Assembly: GCA_044342265.1 (NCBI GenBank)
Contig: JBIIQD010000001.1
Span: 1-51,303, forward strand
Direction of reading: 5' to 3'
Source of the DNA: Hydrogenophaga sp.
GTDB taxonomy: Bacteria > Pseudomonadota > Gammaproteobacteria > Burkholderiales > Burkholderiaceae_C
Length of the DNA: 51,303 bases
In this document: positions 17,984 through 27,474 of the stretch, in pieces
Numbering within the stretch: position 1 is the first letter of the stretch
Layout of the letters: each line of letters starts with the position of its first letter
Program-made: the position numbers and the translations under genes
Notes under the pieces: generated by a model
Databases searched by the model: none
What the model was told of the DNA's origin: nothing
Seen by the model: the letters and a program-made list of their open reading frames with translations, nothing else

Positions 17984-18568
17984 ATGGACCATCCATCGCA
18001 CGCCGACACTCTGAGTGAACGTTCTGCCGAAGCGGCGGGCCGAGCGAAAAGCTTGGCCACAACGCTGACCAGCGCGGCCACTGGCTTGTTGCTCGCCTTG
18101 GCACTGCTTGCCCCTACCGCCGCTCGGGCCGTTGATGGTTGCCTGGTTCTGCTGTGTTTCGCGGCACCGAGCTGGAAGGCGATCCCGCAGTGTGTGCCAC
18201 CGATCCGGCAAGTGCTTCGCGATCTGGCGCGCGGCAAGGGCTTCCCGTCGTGCGGCATGTCCGGCGCAGGCAACTCGGCCCACCACGCCTGGGCCAGAGC
18301 CCCCGGCAACTGCCCACCTCAGTACACCCGGGTCCACGAATCGGAAAGCGGCCCAATCTATACCTGTGACTATTCGGGTGCCGTGTCTGTGTCCATCGAA
18401 GGCAAACCGTTCACGCGGACCTGGTGGAACATGAGCGGTGACACCGTTACGGACTACAGTCCGGCCGCCAAAGCCCAGCTGGGCAGCTGGGACACCCGGT
18501 TCGACGACGAGCACGCGGCCTGGAAGGCAACCCTGCCCCCTGCGCCAACCGCAGACGCCGGGTATTGA
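17984..18568 (+). CDS. Secreted Cys-rich conjugation-associated protein (KikA/TrbM-like pattern)
   Basis: Signal peptide ending ARA, then GCLVLLC...QCVPP...FPSC; first gene of the T4SS operon. Confidence 0.6.
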   Translation: MDHPSHADTLSERSAEAAGRAKSLATTLTSAATGLLLALALLAPTAARAVDGCLVLLCFAAPSWKAIPQCVPPIRQVLRDLARGKGFPSCGMSGAGNSAHHAWARAPGNCPPQYTRVHESESGPIYTCDYSGAVSVSIEGKPFTRTWWNMSGDTVTDYSPAAKAQLGSWDTRFDDEHAAWKATLPPAPTADAGY

Positions 18569-18579
18569 GGACTGTCGTC

Positions 18580-19074
18580 ATGGACACCTCCACATTCCTG
18601 GCACTCGCACTGGCGTGTGCACCGCAGGTGCACGCCAGCACAGCCCATGCCCTGGTCACCGTTGAAAGCGCCCTCAACCCTTGGGCCATCGGCGTGGTCG
18701 GTGGTGCGTTGCAACGCCAGCCGCGCCACCGCACCGAAGCCATTGCCACAGCAGAAGCGCTGAAGGCCGCAGGGCGGAACTTCAGCGTCGGCCTTGGGCA
18801 GATCAACGTGGGCAACTTCCCGCGCTTGGGCCTGTCGCTGTCCACAGCCTTCGAACCTTGCACCAACCTGGCCGCCATGCAGACCGTGTTGACCGAGTGT
18901 TTCGAGCGAGCACAACGCAAGTCAGCTCGGGCATCGGCCGACCAGGCCGCCCTGCGCGCCGCCCTCTCCTGCTACTACAGCGGCAACTTCTCAACCGGCT
19001 TTCGCCATGGCTACGTGGGCAAGGTGGTCGCCGCTGCCCGCAACCCCTCCCCATTAGTCAACCCAACCCCATGA
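18580..19074 (+). CDS. virB1: VirB1-like lytic transglycosylase
   Basis: CAPQVH, VESALNPWAI (catalytic Glu), SVGLGQIN, ALSCYYSG. Confidence 0.92.
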   Translation: MDTSTFLALALACAPQVHASTAHALVTVESALNPWAIGVVGGALQRQPRHRTEAIATAEALKAAGRNFSVGLGQINVGNFPRLGLSLSTAFEPCTNLAAMQTVLTECFERAQRKSARASADQAALRAALSCYYSGNFSTGFRHGYVGKVVAAARNPSPLVNPTP

Positions 19075-19084
19075 AGGAGCCGTC

Positions 19085-19375
19085 ATGAACCGCTTTCGTC
19101 TCTTCGTACCCCAGCGTCACATCGCGACCGCCCTGCTGATGTTTGCTGCAGCCCCCAAGGGCTGGGCACAGGGTTTCGACAAGGTCAACACCACGGTCAC
19201 CAACGTCAACACCATCCTGGTGACGATCTCGATTGCGGTGGTGACCATCGCGATCATCTGGGCCGGCTTCAAGATGATCTTTCAAGGCGCTCGCCTGGCC
19301 GATGTGGCCAATGTGCTGATTGGCGGCACGCTGGTGGGCGGGGCGGCGGCCTTTGCCAGTTACATCGTCAGCTGA
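19085..19375 (+). CDS. virB2: VirB2/TrbC pilin
   Basis: Signal peptide plus two hydrophobic helices (TIAIIWAGFKMIF), position in operon. Confidence 0.9.
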   Translation: MNRFRLFVPQRHIATALLMFAAAPKGWAQGFDKVNTTVTNVNTILVTISIAVVTIAIIWAGFKMIFQGARLADVANVLIGGTLVGGAAAFASYIVS

Positions 19376-19384
19376 CGGCTGAAG

Positions 19385-19726
19385 GTGCAGACCATGCAGG
19401 CCGAGGCTATCTACAAGGGCGCCACCCGCCCGGCCATGAAGCTGGGCATTCCGCTGGTGCCGCTGGTGATCCTGTTTGGCACTGGCATGTTGCTGATCAT
19501 GTGGGGCGGTATCCTGGTGAGCTGGTGGCTTGCGCTGGGTGTGGTCCTTTCCATTGCACCGGTGTTGTTCTGGATGCGCTGGTTGACGGCCCGCGATGAC
19601 CAGCGGTTCCGGCAGATCTTTGTGGCCCTCAAGCTGAAGCTGCACGACCGCAACCGGCGGTTCTGGCGCGCGCGCAGCTACTCGCCCACGCTCTACCGGG
19701 GAGGCTCCGATGTTTGGCATGTTTGA
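19385..19726 (+). CDS. virB3: VirB3
   Basis: IYKGATRPAMKLGIP, TM segments, DDQRF, SYSP. Confidence 0.92.
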   Translation: MQTMQAEAIYKGATRPAMKLGIPLVPLVILFGTGMLLIMWGGILVSWWLALGVVLSIAPVLFWMRWLTARDDQRFRQIFVALKLKLHDRNRRFWRARSYSPTLYRGGSDVWHV

Positions 19727-22220
19727 CCGATCCGGCAACGCGGCCCGTCGTCGCTCTGGGCGACCTGGTGCAGGGCAGCCACAACCGCGCCACTGGGCAC
19801 AGGCGCTGAAGGAAAACCCGCTCACACGATTTGTGCCCTTCTCCTCGCTGGTCAGCGAACACGACGTCATCACGCGTGGTGGCGATTTCATGCGAGTCTG
19901 GCGTCTCGACGGCGTGGCCTTTGAATGCGCTGATGAACACCTGATCGCAGAGCGGCATGAGGCCCTGTGCAGCCTGCTGCGCAATCTGGCGGGCGGCCAA
20001 TGGGCCGTGTGGACCCACCGGCTGCACCAGAAGATCCAGGATCAACTGGAAGATCCGCCCCAGGCAGGCTTTGCGCGCGACCTGTCACAGGCCTACCAGG
20101 CCAGGCTGGGCACACACGCCATGATGAGCAACGAGCTGTACCTGACGCTCGTTTACCGGCCCAATGCCTCGCGCCTCAGCCGGGCACTTCAATCGACCCA
20201 GCGTTCAAAGACCGCCATTGCCGCAGCGCACGCTGAAGCCCTGCGGGTGATGGAAGAACGGACCGCGTTCGTGCACCGGGTACTGCGCGGCTTTGGCCCT
20301 CAACTCCTGGGGGCGCGCGTGCAAGGTTCAAGGCGGTACTCCGAACTGGCGGAGTTTCTGGGTTACCTGGTCAACGGCAGCTGGAGGCCAGTGCCCCTTG
20401 CGGCAGGGCCGCTTTATCGAACACTGCCCAACACACGCCTTTCCTTCGGTGGCGACAAGCTGGAATTGCGCCATGGCGAACATCGCCGTTGCGCGGCCTT
20501 GGTTGACATCAAGGAATACGCCGACGCGGTGGAGCCTGGCATCCTGAACTCGCTGCTGTACGAAGACAGCGAGTTCATCGAAACCCAGAGTTTCTCCATA
20601 CTGCCCCGGCGCGAAGCCATGCGGGCGCTGGAGTTGCAGCGCGACCAGTTGATCGCCAGCGACGACGTGGTGGCCAGTCAGATCGCCGACATGGACGAAG
20701 CGCTCAACGAGCTGGGCGACGGTCAGTTCTGCATGGGCGAGTACCACTACAGCCTGGTGGTGTTCGGTCAACCCGGCGAAGACAGCCTCGCCGATGCCGG
20801 GCGACGGGCTTCGCAGGCGATTGGGGCTGTAGGTGAGGCGTCCAGTCTTCAGATGTCTCCGGTCGATCTGGTGGCGGATGCCGCCTGGTTTGCCCAGATG
20901 CCGGGCAACTGGCAGTGGCGCCCGCGCGATGCCAAGTTGTCGTCCCGCGCTTTCGCCGCCCTGGCCAGCGGTCACAACTTTGCCCGCGGCAAGCGCGACG
21001 GCAACCCCTGGGGAGAAGCGCTGGCTTTGCTGCGCACCCCATCGGGCCAGCCCTTTTACCTGAACCTGCACAGCAGCCCTGAAGGCGAAGACTCTGCCGA
21101 CAAGAAACTGCCGGGCAACACCCTCATCATCGGCTCCACCGGCGTCGGCAAGACCACGCTGGAGATGTTCCTGCTCACGCTCACCCGCAAGTGGAACCCA
21201 GCGCCACGGCTGGTGCTGTTCGACCTGGACCGAGGCTGCGAGATCGCCATACGGGCTTTGAACGGCCGCTACTTCACCCTCGAAGCGGGCAAAGGCACCC
21301 ACCTGAACCCGCTGCAGCGCGACCCCACGCCCGCCCGTATCCAGTTCTGGGAACAGCTGATCCGCATCTGCATCGCCACGCCCGCCCTGCCCTTGCTGCC
21401 GGCCGATGAGCGCGCGATTGCCGACGCCGTCAAGACAGTGGCCACGATGCCTACCGCCCTGCGCCGCTTCTCGACGGTTCGCCAGAACCTGCCGAAGTCG
21501 GGTGAAAACAGCCTTTATGAGCGACTCGGGCGCTGGTGTGAAGGCGGCGCCTTGGGCTGGGTTTTCGACCAAGCCAACGACCAGTTGGCGGACCTGGACG
21601 CGGCATCGGTGATCGCCTTCGACACCACGGAGTTTCTGGACCTGCCCGAGGTGCGCACGCCGGTCATGCTCTACCTGCTGCAGGTGATGGAAGAGCTGGT
21701 CAACGGCGAACGCCTGATCTATGTGATCTCGGAGTTCTGGAAAGCGCTGGACCACGAGATCTTCAGCGACTTCGCCAAACAAAAGCAGAAGACCATCCGC
21801 AAGCAAAACGGTCTGGGCATTTTCGACACCCAGAGCCCGTCCGATGTGCTGCGCCACCCCATCGGGCGGACCATGGTCGAACAAAGCGTGACCAAGATCT
21901 TCCTGGCCAACCCGGAAGCGTTGCGCGAGGAGTACGTCGAAGGCTTCGGCCTGAGCGAGGCCGAATTCGGCATCGTGCGCAGCCTCGGCGCGCAAGGCGG
22001 TCGCCGCTTCCTCGTCAAACAAGGCCACAGCAGCGCCATCTGCGAGCTGGACCTCAGCGACATGGACGATTTCATCACCGTGCTCTCGGCCACCACCGAC
22101 AACGTGGCCCTGCTCGACACCGTTCGTGAGCGGCACGGTAACGATCCGTTTCTGTGGCTTCCCGAGCTGCTGCGCGAGGTTCAAGATCGCAAATCCCGTA
22201 CTTCAAGGAGAGCCCCATGA
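19710..22220 (+). CDS. virB4: VirB4 ATPase
   Basis: Walker A GSTGVGKT, FDLDRG, KTIRKQNG...TQSPSD; Walker B reads YVISEFW. Confidence 0.95.
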   Translation: MFGMFDRSGNAARRRSGRPGAGQPQPRHWAQALKENPLTRFVPFSSLVSEHDVITRGGDFMRVWRLDGVAFECADEHLIAERHEALCSLLRNLAGGQWAVWTHRLHQKIQDQLEDPPQAGFARDLSQAYQARLGTHAMMSNELYLTLVYRPNASRLSRALQSTQRSKTAIAAAHAEALRVMEERTAFVHRVLRGFGPQLLGARVQGSRRYSELAEFLGYLVNGSWRPVPLAAGPLYRTLPNTRLSFGGDKLELRHGEHRRCAALVDIKEYADAVEPGILNSLLYEDSEFIETQSFSILPRREAMRALELQRDQLIASDDVVASQIADMDEALNELGDGQFCMGEYHYSLVVFGQPGEDSLADAGRRASQAIGAVGEASSLQMSPVDLVADAAWFAQMPGNWQWRPRDAKLSSRAFAALASGHNFARGKRDGNPWGEALALLRTPSGQPFYLNLHSSPEGEDSADKKLPGNTLIIGSTGVGKTTLEMFLLTLTRKWNPAPRLVLFDLDRGCEIAIRALNGRYFTLEAGKGTHLNPLQRDPTPARIQFWEQLIRICIATPALPLLPADERAIADAVKTVATMPTALRRFSTVRQNLPKSGENSLYERLGRWCEGGALGWVFDQANDQLADLDAASVIAFDTTEFLDLPEVRTPVMLYLLQVMEELVNGERLIYVISEFWKALDHEIFSDFAKQKQKTIRKQNGLGIFDTQSPSDVLRHPIGRTMVEQSVTKIFLANPEALREEYVEGFGLSEAEFGIVRSLGAQGGRRFLVKQGHSSAICELDLSDMDDFITVLSATTDNVALLDTVRERHGNDPFLWLPELLREVQDRKSRTSRRAP

Positions 22221-22645
22221 AATCCCAAATTCAATGGTTTTCGCTGATCGCTTTGGCGCTGACCACCAGCGCCGCCTCGGCCCAGTTCGTCAAAGGCAAT
22301 GAAGCCGTCCGTGCCCTGCCTGGTGGCAGCAAGCAGGTGGAAACAGCGCCGCTGCCATCCACCGGCCCGATTCGCAACATGAAGCCTTGCGCCGCTGCAG
22401 CTGGCTGCCACGCCGGGCCCTGGCACATGGTGGAAACGGCTGAAGGTCTGCGCGAATGCACCGAGGTGTATGCCCGCGCAGGCACCTGCCGCGCTTCGTC
22501 CTACGGCACTACCCAGCTTGCGCGGCTGTGGGTGGTGAAGTCACGGGGCGAATGGCTGCAATGCCAATACCCCGACCTGGCCAGCAAGTGCGTGAATGTC
22601 TTCGCGCGCCCGCCTGCCAACTTGCCGTTTGACGCAGTTCAATAG
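22217..22645 (+). CDS. Secreted hypothetical protein with six Cys
   Basis: RBS AAGGAG; ATGA overlap with virB4; signal peptide ending ASA. Confidence 0.7.
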   Translation: MKSQIQWFSLIALALTTSAASAQFVKGNEAVRALPGGSKQVETAPLPSTGPIRNMKPCAAAAGCHAGPWHMVETAEGLRECTEVYARAGTCRASSYGTTQLARLWVVKSRGEWLQCQYPDLASKCVNVFARPPANLPFDAVQ

Positions 22646-22657
22646 GAGGGCAACACC

Positions 22658-23692
22658 ATGTTCGCCTGGGTCGGGTCACAGTTCGATGCCATCTTGAGCA
22701 CCTACGTGCTGGGTGTGGTGTCGTCGCTGATGTCTGCCATCACCCCCATCGCCTTGACGGCGATGACGATCTGGGTCGCGTTGTACGGCTGGGCGGTGCT
22801 GCGCAACGAAGTGTCTGAAACGGTGCCCACCTTCGTCTGGAAGGTGTTCAAGATCGGCCTAGTCTTGGCCTTTGCCTTGCAGTCCGGCTTCTATATCAGC
22901 AACGTGTCAGACACCGCCAACGCACTGGCCATGGGCGTGGCCTCGACTTTTCTGCCTGCGGGCGTGGACCCGAGCACGGTGAGTTCACCCTATGCCCTGC
23001 TGGACAAGTTCAACGATGACGCCAGCGCGCAGGTGGCTGACATCATGAAGGAGGCCGGCATCTTACGGCTGGACCTTCTGCTCGCCGGGGCCATCTTCTC
23101 CATTGGCTCGGTCTTGTTCCTGTGCATCGGCCTGTTTGTTGTCACCCTGGCCAAGTTGTTCCTGACCTTCGTGATTGCCGTTGGGCCGCTGTTCATCCTT
23201 TGCCTGGCCTGGCGCCCAACCGCCCGCTTCTTTGACAGCTGGTTGTCCATGGTGCTGAACGCGGTGGTGCTTACCTGGTTCGCGTTCTTCGCCCTGGGTT
23301 TGAGTGCCTACATGGGCGCGGCTATGTTCAAGGCCATCGCCGACGGTGGTGGCTTCTTGGGCAGCACCTTCAATGTGCTGGGCGAAGCCACGCGCTACTG
23401 CGTGCTCATGATCCTCATGGCCATCATCTGCTTCCAGGCGCCCAGTCTGGCCTCGGCGCTCACCGGCGGTGCCGCCATCCAGCAAGGCATCCAGATGATC
23501 CAGAACGCCATGATGGTTTCGGGTCTGCGCTCTGCCTCGTCCGCTCGGAGTGCCAGCGCTGCCACAAGCGCTGGCGGCGTCATCCGCGCAGGCGCCGGTC
23601 TTCCACACACCGCTGCGTCCATGGCCCGCCGAGGCTACGGCGCTGCACGCTCTGCCGCTTACAAACTCGCCGCCCAGCGCGGCCGGTCCTGA
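22658..23692 (+). CDS. virB6: VirB6/TrbL polytopic membrane protein
   Basis: Multiple TMs, GPLFI.CL...TARFFDSW, PSLASALTGG. Confidence 0.92.
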   Translation: MFAWVGSQFDAILSTYVLGVVSSLMSAITPIALTAMTIWVALYGWAVLRNEVSETVPTFVWKVFKIGLVLAFALQSGFYISNVSDTANALAMGVASTFLPAGVDPSTVSSPYALLDKFNDDASAQVADIMKEAGILRLDLLLAGAIFSIGSVLFLCIGLFVVTLAKLFLTFVIAVGPLFILCLAWRPTARFFDSWLSMVLNAVVLTWFAFFALGLSAYMGAAMFKAIADGGGFLGSTFNVLGEATRYCVLMILMAIICFQAPSLASALTGGAAIQQGIQMIQNAMMVSGLRSASSARSASAATSAGGVIRAGAGLPHTAASMARRGYGAARSAAYKLAAQRGRS

Positions 23693-23718
23693 CCACCCCA
23701 CCCACCAAGGAGTTCACT

Positions 23719-24414
23719 ATGCAAACCCGCATCAAAGTTGCCGCTGCCGTCCTCATTGCTCTGGGCGCCAGCCAGGCCCGAGCCACCGGCATCCCTGTGA
23801 TCGACGTGGCCAACCTGGTCCAGACCGTCCAGCAGGTCATCAACGACATCACCAAGATCAACAACCAGATTCAACAGATTCGACAACTGCAAACGCAGAT
23901 CGAGAGCATCAACGGCATCCGCAACCTGGGCGATGTGTTCAACAACCCACTGTTGAAGAACTACATCCCAGCCGAGGCCTTCACCTACCTCAACGCGGTC
24001 AACACGTCGGGCTACAGCGGGCTCAACGCCACGGCCAAGGTGCTGCGCGACGTGAGCATGATCTACAACTGCATGGACCTCACCGGCGACGCCCGCACCC
24101 AGTGCCAGGCCGCTCTGGCGCAGCCCTATCAACAAAAAGGACTTCTGCAAGACGCCATGCAGACCGCGGCGGGCCGACTCACGCAGATCCAGTCGTTGAT
24201 GACCCAGATCAACGCCACCACCGATCAGAAGTCGGTGCAGGAAATCCAGGCCCGCATCGGCGCAGAAAACGCCCTGCTCGCCCACGAGGTGTCGCAGGTG
24301 CAGATGCTGCAAGGCATGGCCGACAGCGAAGAGCGCATCGCCCGATCTCGCGAGCGCGAACGGCAATACGAGATGCTGGGCCGCACCGGCAAGGTTTCGG
24401 ACTTTCTGCCGTAA
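23719..24414 (+). CDS. virB5: VirB5 minor pilin
   Basis: Signal peptide, GIPVIDVANL, Q-rich helices, TTDQKSVQEIQARI. Confidence 0.92.
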   Translation: MQTRIKVAAAVLIALGASQARATGIPVIDVANLVQTVQQVINDITKINNQIQQIRQLQTQIESINGIRNLGDVFNNPLLKNYIPAEAFTYLNAVNTSGYSGLNATAKVLRDVSMIYNCMDLTGDARTQCQAALAQPYQQKGLLQDAMQTAAGRLTQIQSLMTQINATTDQKSVQEIQARIGAENALLAHEVSQVQMLQGMADSEERIARSRERERQYEMLGRTGKVSDFLP

Positions 24415-24458
24415 CCCCGCCTGAGTCCCGCCGCCACCCAGACCCACCGGAGAACCCC

Positions 24459-25229
24459 ATGAGTGCCATCCTGTTGTCAGGTAAAGCCGCCGCATGGCCA
24501 AAACGGCCCCCTGAACCTCCGAAAGAGGTCGAATCGGCGCCATTCAACGCGAACCGCGACTGGGAAATCGACCGTGCCCTGATGCTTGAACGCTCGGAAC
24601 GCCGGGCCTGGCGCGTGGCGGTGGCTGGGCTGGTGCTTGGGCTGATCGGCATTGCAGCAGTATTCGTGCAGGGGCCGCTGCGACGTGTGGTGGAAATCCC
24701 CATCGTGGTGGACCGCGTCACCGGCGAAACCACCGTCCAGCAGCGGCTGAGCGAAGAAACCATCCCCGCCATGGAGGCGCTGGACAAACACAACCTTGCT
24801 GCTTTCGTGCGGGCGCGTGAGAGCTACAGCTGGATGTTCCTGCAGCGCGACTTTGACCAGGTGGCGCGCATGGCCGTGCCGGGTGTGTTCGCCGAATACA
24901 ACCGGCAGTTCGAAGGCGACGGCGCGCTGCAGAAGAAGATCGGCGCCGCCGAAGAATGGCGCATCAACATCGTCGGGGTGCGTCTGCGGGCTTCCGGGCG
25001 CAGTGGCAACCTAAGCGACGCCACCGTCACCTACGACAAGGTGGTTCGGCTGACCGGCCGCAACCTGCCAGACGTCACGACCCGCCACGTGGCCAGCATC
25101 GTCTACCAGTACCAGCCCAAGGTGCTCGCCAAAGAAGCCGACCGACTGGAGAACCCCTTCGGCTTCGTGGTCACCGCCTACCGGTCTGACCCGGAGATCA
25201 ACACCCAGGCAGCGGGAGCACGGCCATGA
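24459..25229 (+). CDS. virB8: VirB8
   Basis: SERRAWRVA, single TM, VDRVTGE, FVRARESY, NPFGFVVTAYR. Confidence 0.93.
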   Translation: MSAILLSGKAAAWPKRPPEPPKEVESAPFNANRDWEIDRALMLERSERRAWRVAVAGLVLGLIGIAAVFVQGPLRRVVEIPIVVDRVTGETTVQQRLSEETIPAMEALDKHNLAAFVRARESYSWMFLQRDFDQVARMAVPGVFAEYNRQFEGDGALQKKIGAAEEWRINIVGVRLRASGRSGNLSDATVTYDKVVRLTGRNLPDVTTRHVASIVYQYQPKVLAKEADRLENPFGFVVTAYRSDPEINTQAAGARP

Positions 25230-26140
25230 AGCGCACTGTCTTGACGCTGTTGGCTGCCTGCTCTATGGCTACGAGCCTGTTCGCTCAAGCGAATCCGAAG
25301 ACAGCCGACCCGCGCCTGCGCGACGTAGTCTACGACCCAGCGGCGGTGGTGACCGTCCCCGTCAAACGGGGCATGGTGACCCTGGTGGTGCTCGCCCAAG
25401 ACGAAGTGATCACCGAGGTGGCCGCAGGACAGGGCGGCGATTGCAGCAAGGCCGATGCAGTCTGGTGCGTAGCGGCGCAACCCGGGGGCCGCAACCTGTT
25501 CGTCAAAGCCAAGTCCGGCGCGGACGCGCCCAACAACCTGGCCGTGGTCACGGACCGGCGCACGCATGCGCTGCGTTTCGTGGTCCTGGCCGACGCCGAC
25601 CGACAGCAACCGGTCTACCGCTTGACCGTCAAAGCGCCCACACAACCCAAGCCCGCCTCAGGCCTGTCGTCGAAAGACCTCGCGGCACTCGCCACCCTGC
25701 CCCCTTTGCCATCCCAACCGACGCAGCAACAGGTGGTGGCTGAACGCCTGCAGGCCAGCCCCACGGTGATGAACCCCCAGTATTCGCTGGCCGAAGGATC
25801 AGGCTCGCAAGACATCGTGCCGACCCTGGTGTACGACGACGGTCGATTCACCTATCTGCGCTTTCCGGGCAACCGCGAAGTACCAGCGGTCTTCCATGTG
25901 CTCGGCGATGGCAGTGAAACCCTGGTCAACGCACGCATGGAAGACGACCTGCTGGTGGTGGACCGCGTCAGCCGACAACTGATGCTGCGGGCGGGCAACG
26001 CGGTCGTGGGCATCTGGAACGAGGCCTTTGATCTGGATGGCACCCCGGCAGAAGGTGCGACCACCGTTCCGGGTGTGCAGCGGGTGCTCAAGGCTGCAAA
26101 CGCCTCTCTCGACAACCGCCCCACCGGAGTCAGGCCATGA
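25226..26140 (+). CDS. virB9: VirB9/TrbG
   Basis: DPRLRDVVYD, NLAVVTDRR, VYDDGRFTYLRF, ETLVN. Confidence 0.93.
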   Translation: MKRTVLTLLAACSMATSLFAQANPKTADPRLRDVVYDPAAVVTVPVKRGMVTLVVLAQDEVITEVAAGQGGDCSKADAVWCVAAQPGGRNLFVKAKSGADAPNNLAVVTDRRTHALRFVVLADADRQQPVYRLTVKAPTQPKPASGLSSKDLAALATLPPLPSQPTQQQVVAERLQASPTVMNPQYSLAEGSGSQDIVPTLVYDDGRFTYLRFPGNREVPAVFHVLGDGSETLVNARMEDDLLVVDRVSRQLMLRAGNAVVGIWNEAFDLDGTPAEGATTVPGVQRVLKAANASLDNRPTGVRP

Positions 26141-27474
26141 ACGACCAAACCAACGCCCACAACCCGTCGACCGCAAGTCCTGCGGACGGCAACACCATCA
26201 CACCTCTGCCGGGAGAGCACGGTATCCCCCAGGTGACGGCGGCACGCAGTGCCAACTGGTCGCGCAAGGGCGCGCTGGGGCTCGGCATGATGGTGCTGAC
26301 ACTGGTGTTGTTCGCGGGCTTTGCCATCAACCGCTATTTCACCAGCGGACCAGCAACAGACCAAGACGCCAAGCTGGTGCGCGACAAACCCTCGGCCGCC
26401 AGCGCCGGGACACGCGCACTGGACATGACGGCCCCACCCGCACCGCGTGTGCCCGCTTTGCTTCCCACCCCTGAGGTAGCTGAGCCCATTGGTGTGCGCA
26501 GCGCCGGCCCTGCAACACTCAAAGGCGTGTCGGCCGACGATGCCCCGGTGCTGATCGTGTCTTCTCGTCCTGGCGGGCATTCCAGCTCAGCAGGCCAGCC
26601 GAACGCAACGGCTCCCGGCGACGCTTCGGCCAACCCGGAAGATCCAGTTGCCAACACCGGCCGCAATCTGCAGGCCTACCAGAAACAACTGCAGGGCCTG
26701 CTCGACAACCTGACCCAGAGCACGGCCATGGTCAGTGGCCAAGGTGGCGATACGGCCAACCTCGGTGCCGTTGGCTCGATGGCTGGTGTATCTACGGGCG
26801 CGAGTCTGCCTGCGCCTTCTGCGGGCCTGTTCGGGGGTCAACTGCAAGGCTCGGCTACCCCCAAGGTCGCGGCCAGCACGCTGGGCGACCGCAGCCTCAC
26901 GCTACCCAAAGGCACGGCCTTCACCTGCGCCCTCAAAACCAGGGTGATCAGTGCCACGTCAGGCCTGGTGGGCTGCCAGGTCCAGCGCAACGTGTACGGC
27001 GACAACGGGCGCGTGCTGCTGATCGAACGCGGCTCACACCTGGACGGTGAATACCGCATCTCGTCGGTCCGCCCCGGCATGGTCCGCATACCGGTGTTGT
27101 GGACCCGGGTGCGAACGCCGCACGGTGTGACGGTGGACATCGAGTCGCCCGGCACCGGCCAGCTCGGCGAATCCGGGATTGATGGCTACGTCGACAACCG
27201 CTGGGGTGAACGCATCGGCGCCGCCATGCTGCTCTCGCTGATCGACGACTCGGTCAAGCTGGTGATCCAGAACCAGACGCAAGACCAGGAGGCCAACACC
27301 ATCGTCCTGCCGTCCACCATAGACAACACCAGCAAGCTGGCCGAGAAGGTGCTGGACAGCACGATCAACATCCCGCCCCTGCTGTACCAGAACCAGGGCG
27401 GCATCGTCGGCATCTACGTCGCCCGAGACGTGGACTTTTCATCTGTCTATGAGCTCCAGCCGCGGGAAAGGTGA
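26137..27474 (+). CDS. virB10: VirB10/TrbI
   Basis: TM plus Pro-rich linker, LPKGTAFTCAL, LLIERGS, GYVDNRWGERIG, INIPP...VARDVDFS. Confidence 0.95.
   Translation: MNDQTNAHNPSTASPADGNTITPLPGEHGIPQVTAARSANWSRKGALGLGMMVLTLVLFAGFAINRYFTSGPATDQDAKLVRDKPSAASAGTRALDMTAPPAPRVPALLPTPEVAEPIGVRSAGPATLKGVSADDAPVLIVSSRPGGHSSSAGQPNATAPGDASANPEDPVANTGRNLQAYQKQLQGLLDNLTQSTAMVSGQGGDTANLGAVGSMAGVSTGASLPAPSAGLFGGQLQGSATPKVAASTLGDRSLTLPKGTAFTCALKTRVISATSGLVGCQVQRNVYGDNGRVLLIERGSHLDGEYRISSVRPGMVRIPVLWTRVRTPHGVTVDIESPGTGQLGESGIDGYVDNRWGERIGAAMLLSLIDDSVKLVIQNQTQDQEANTIVLPSTIDNTSKLAEKVLDSTINIPPLLYQNQGGIVGIYVARDVDFSSVYELQPRER

Noticed and set aside
20328-22184. 618-aa antisense ORF and other long shadow ORFs opposite virB4, res, mod and the helicase
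   Set aside because: Typical stop-poor antisense frames of high-GC genes, with no recognisable motifs.
23550-24458. Long N-terminal extension of VirB8 (559-aa ORF); similar extensions on VirD4, relaxase, StbA, symporter and GlxA ORFs
   Set aside because: Alternate-frame overlap with real upstream genes in GC-rich DNA; internal starts with RBS or ATGA coupling fit better.
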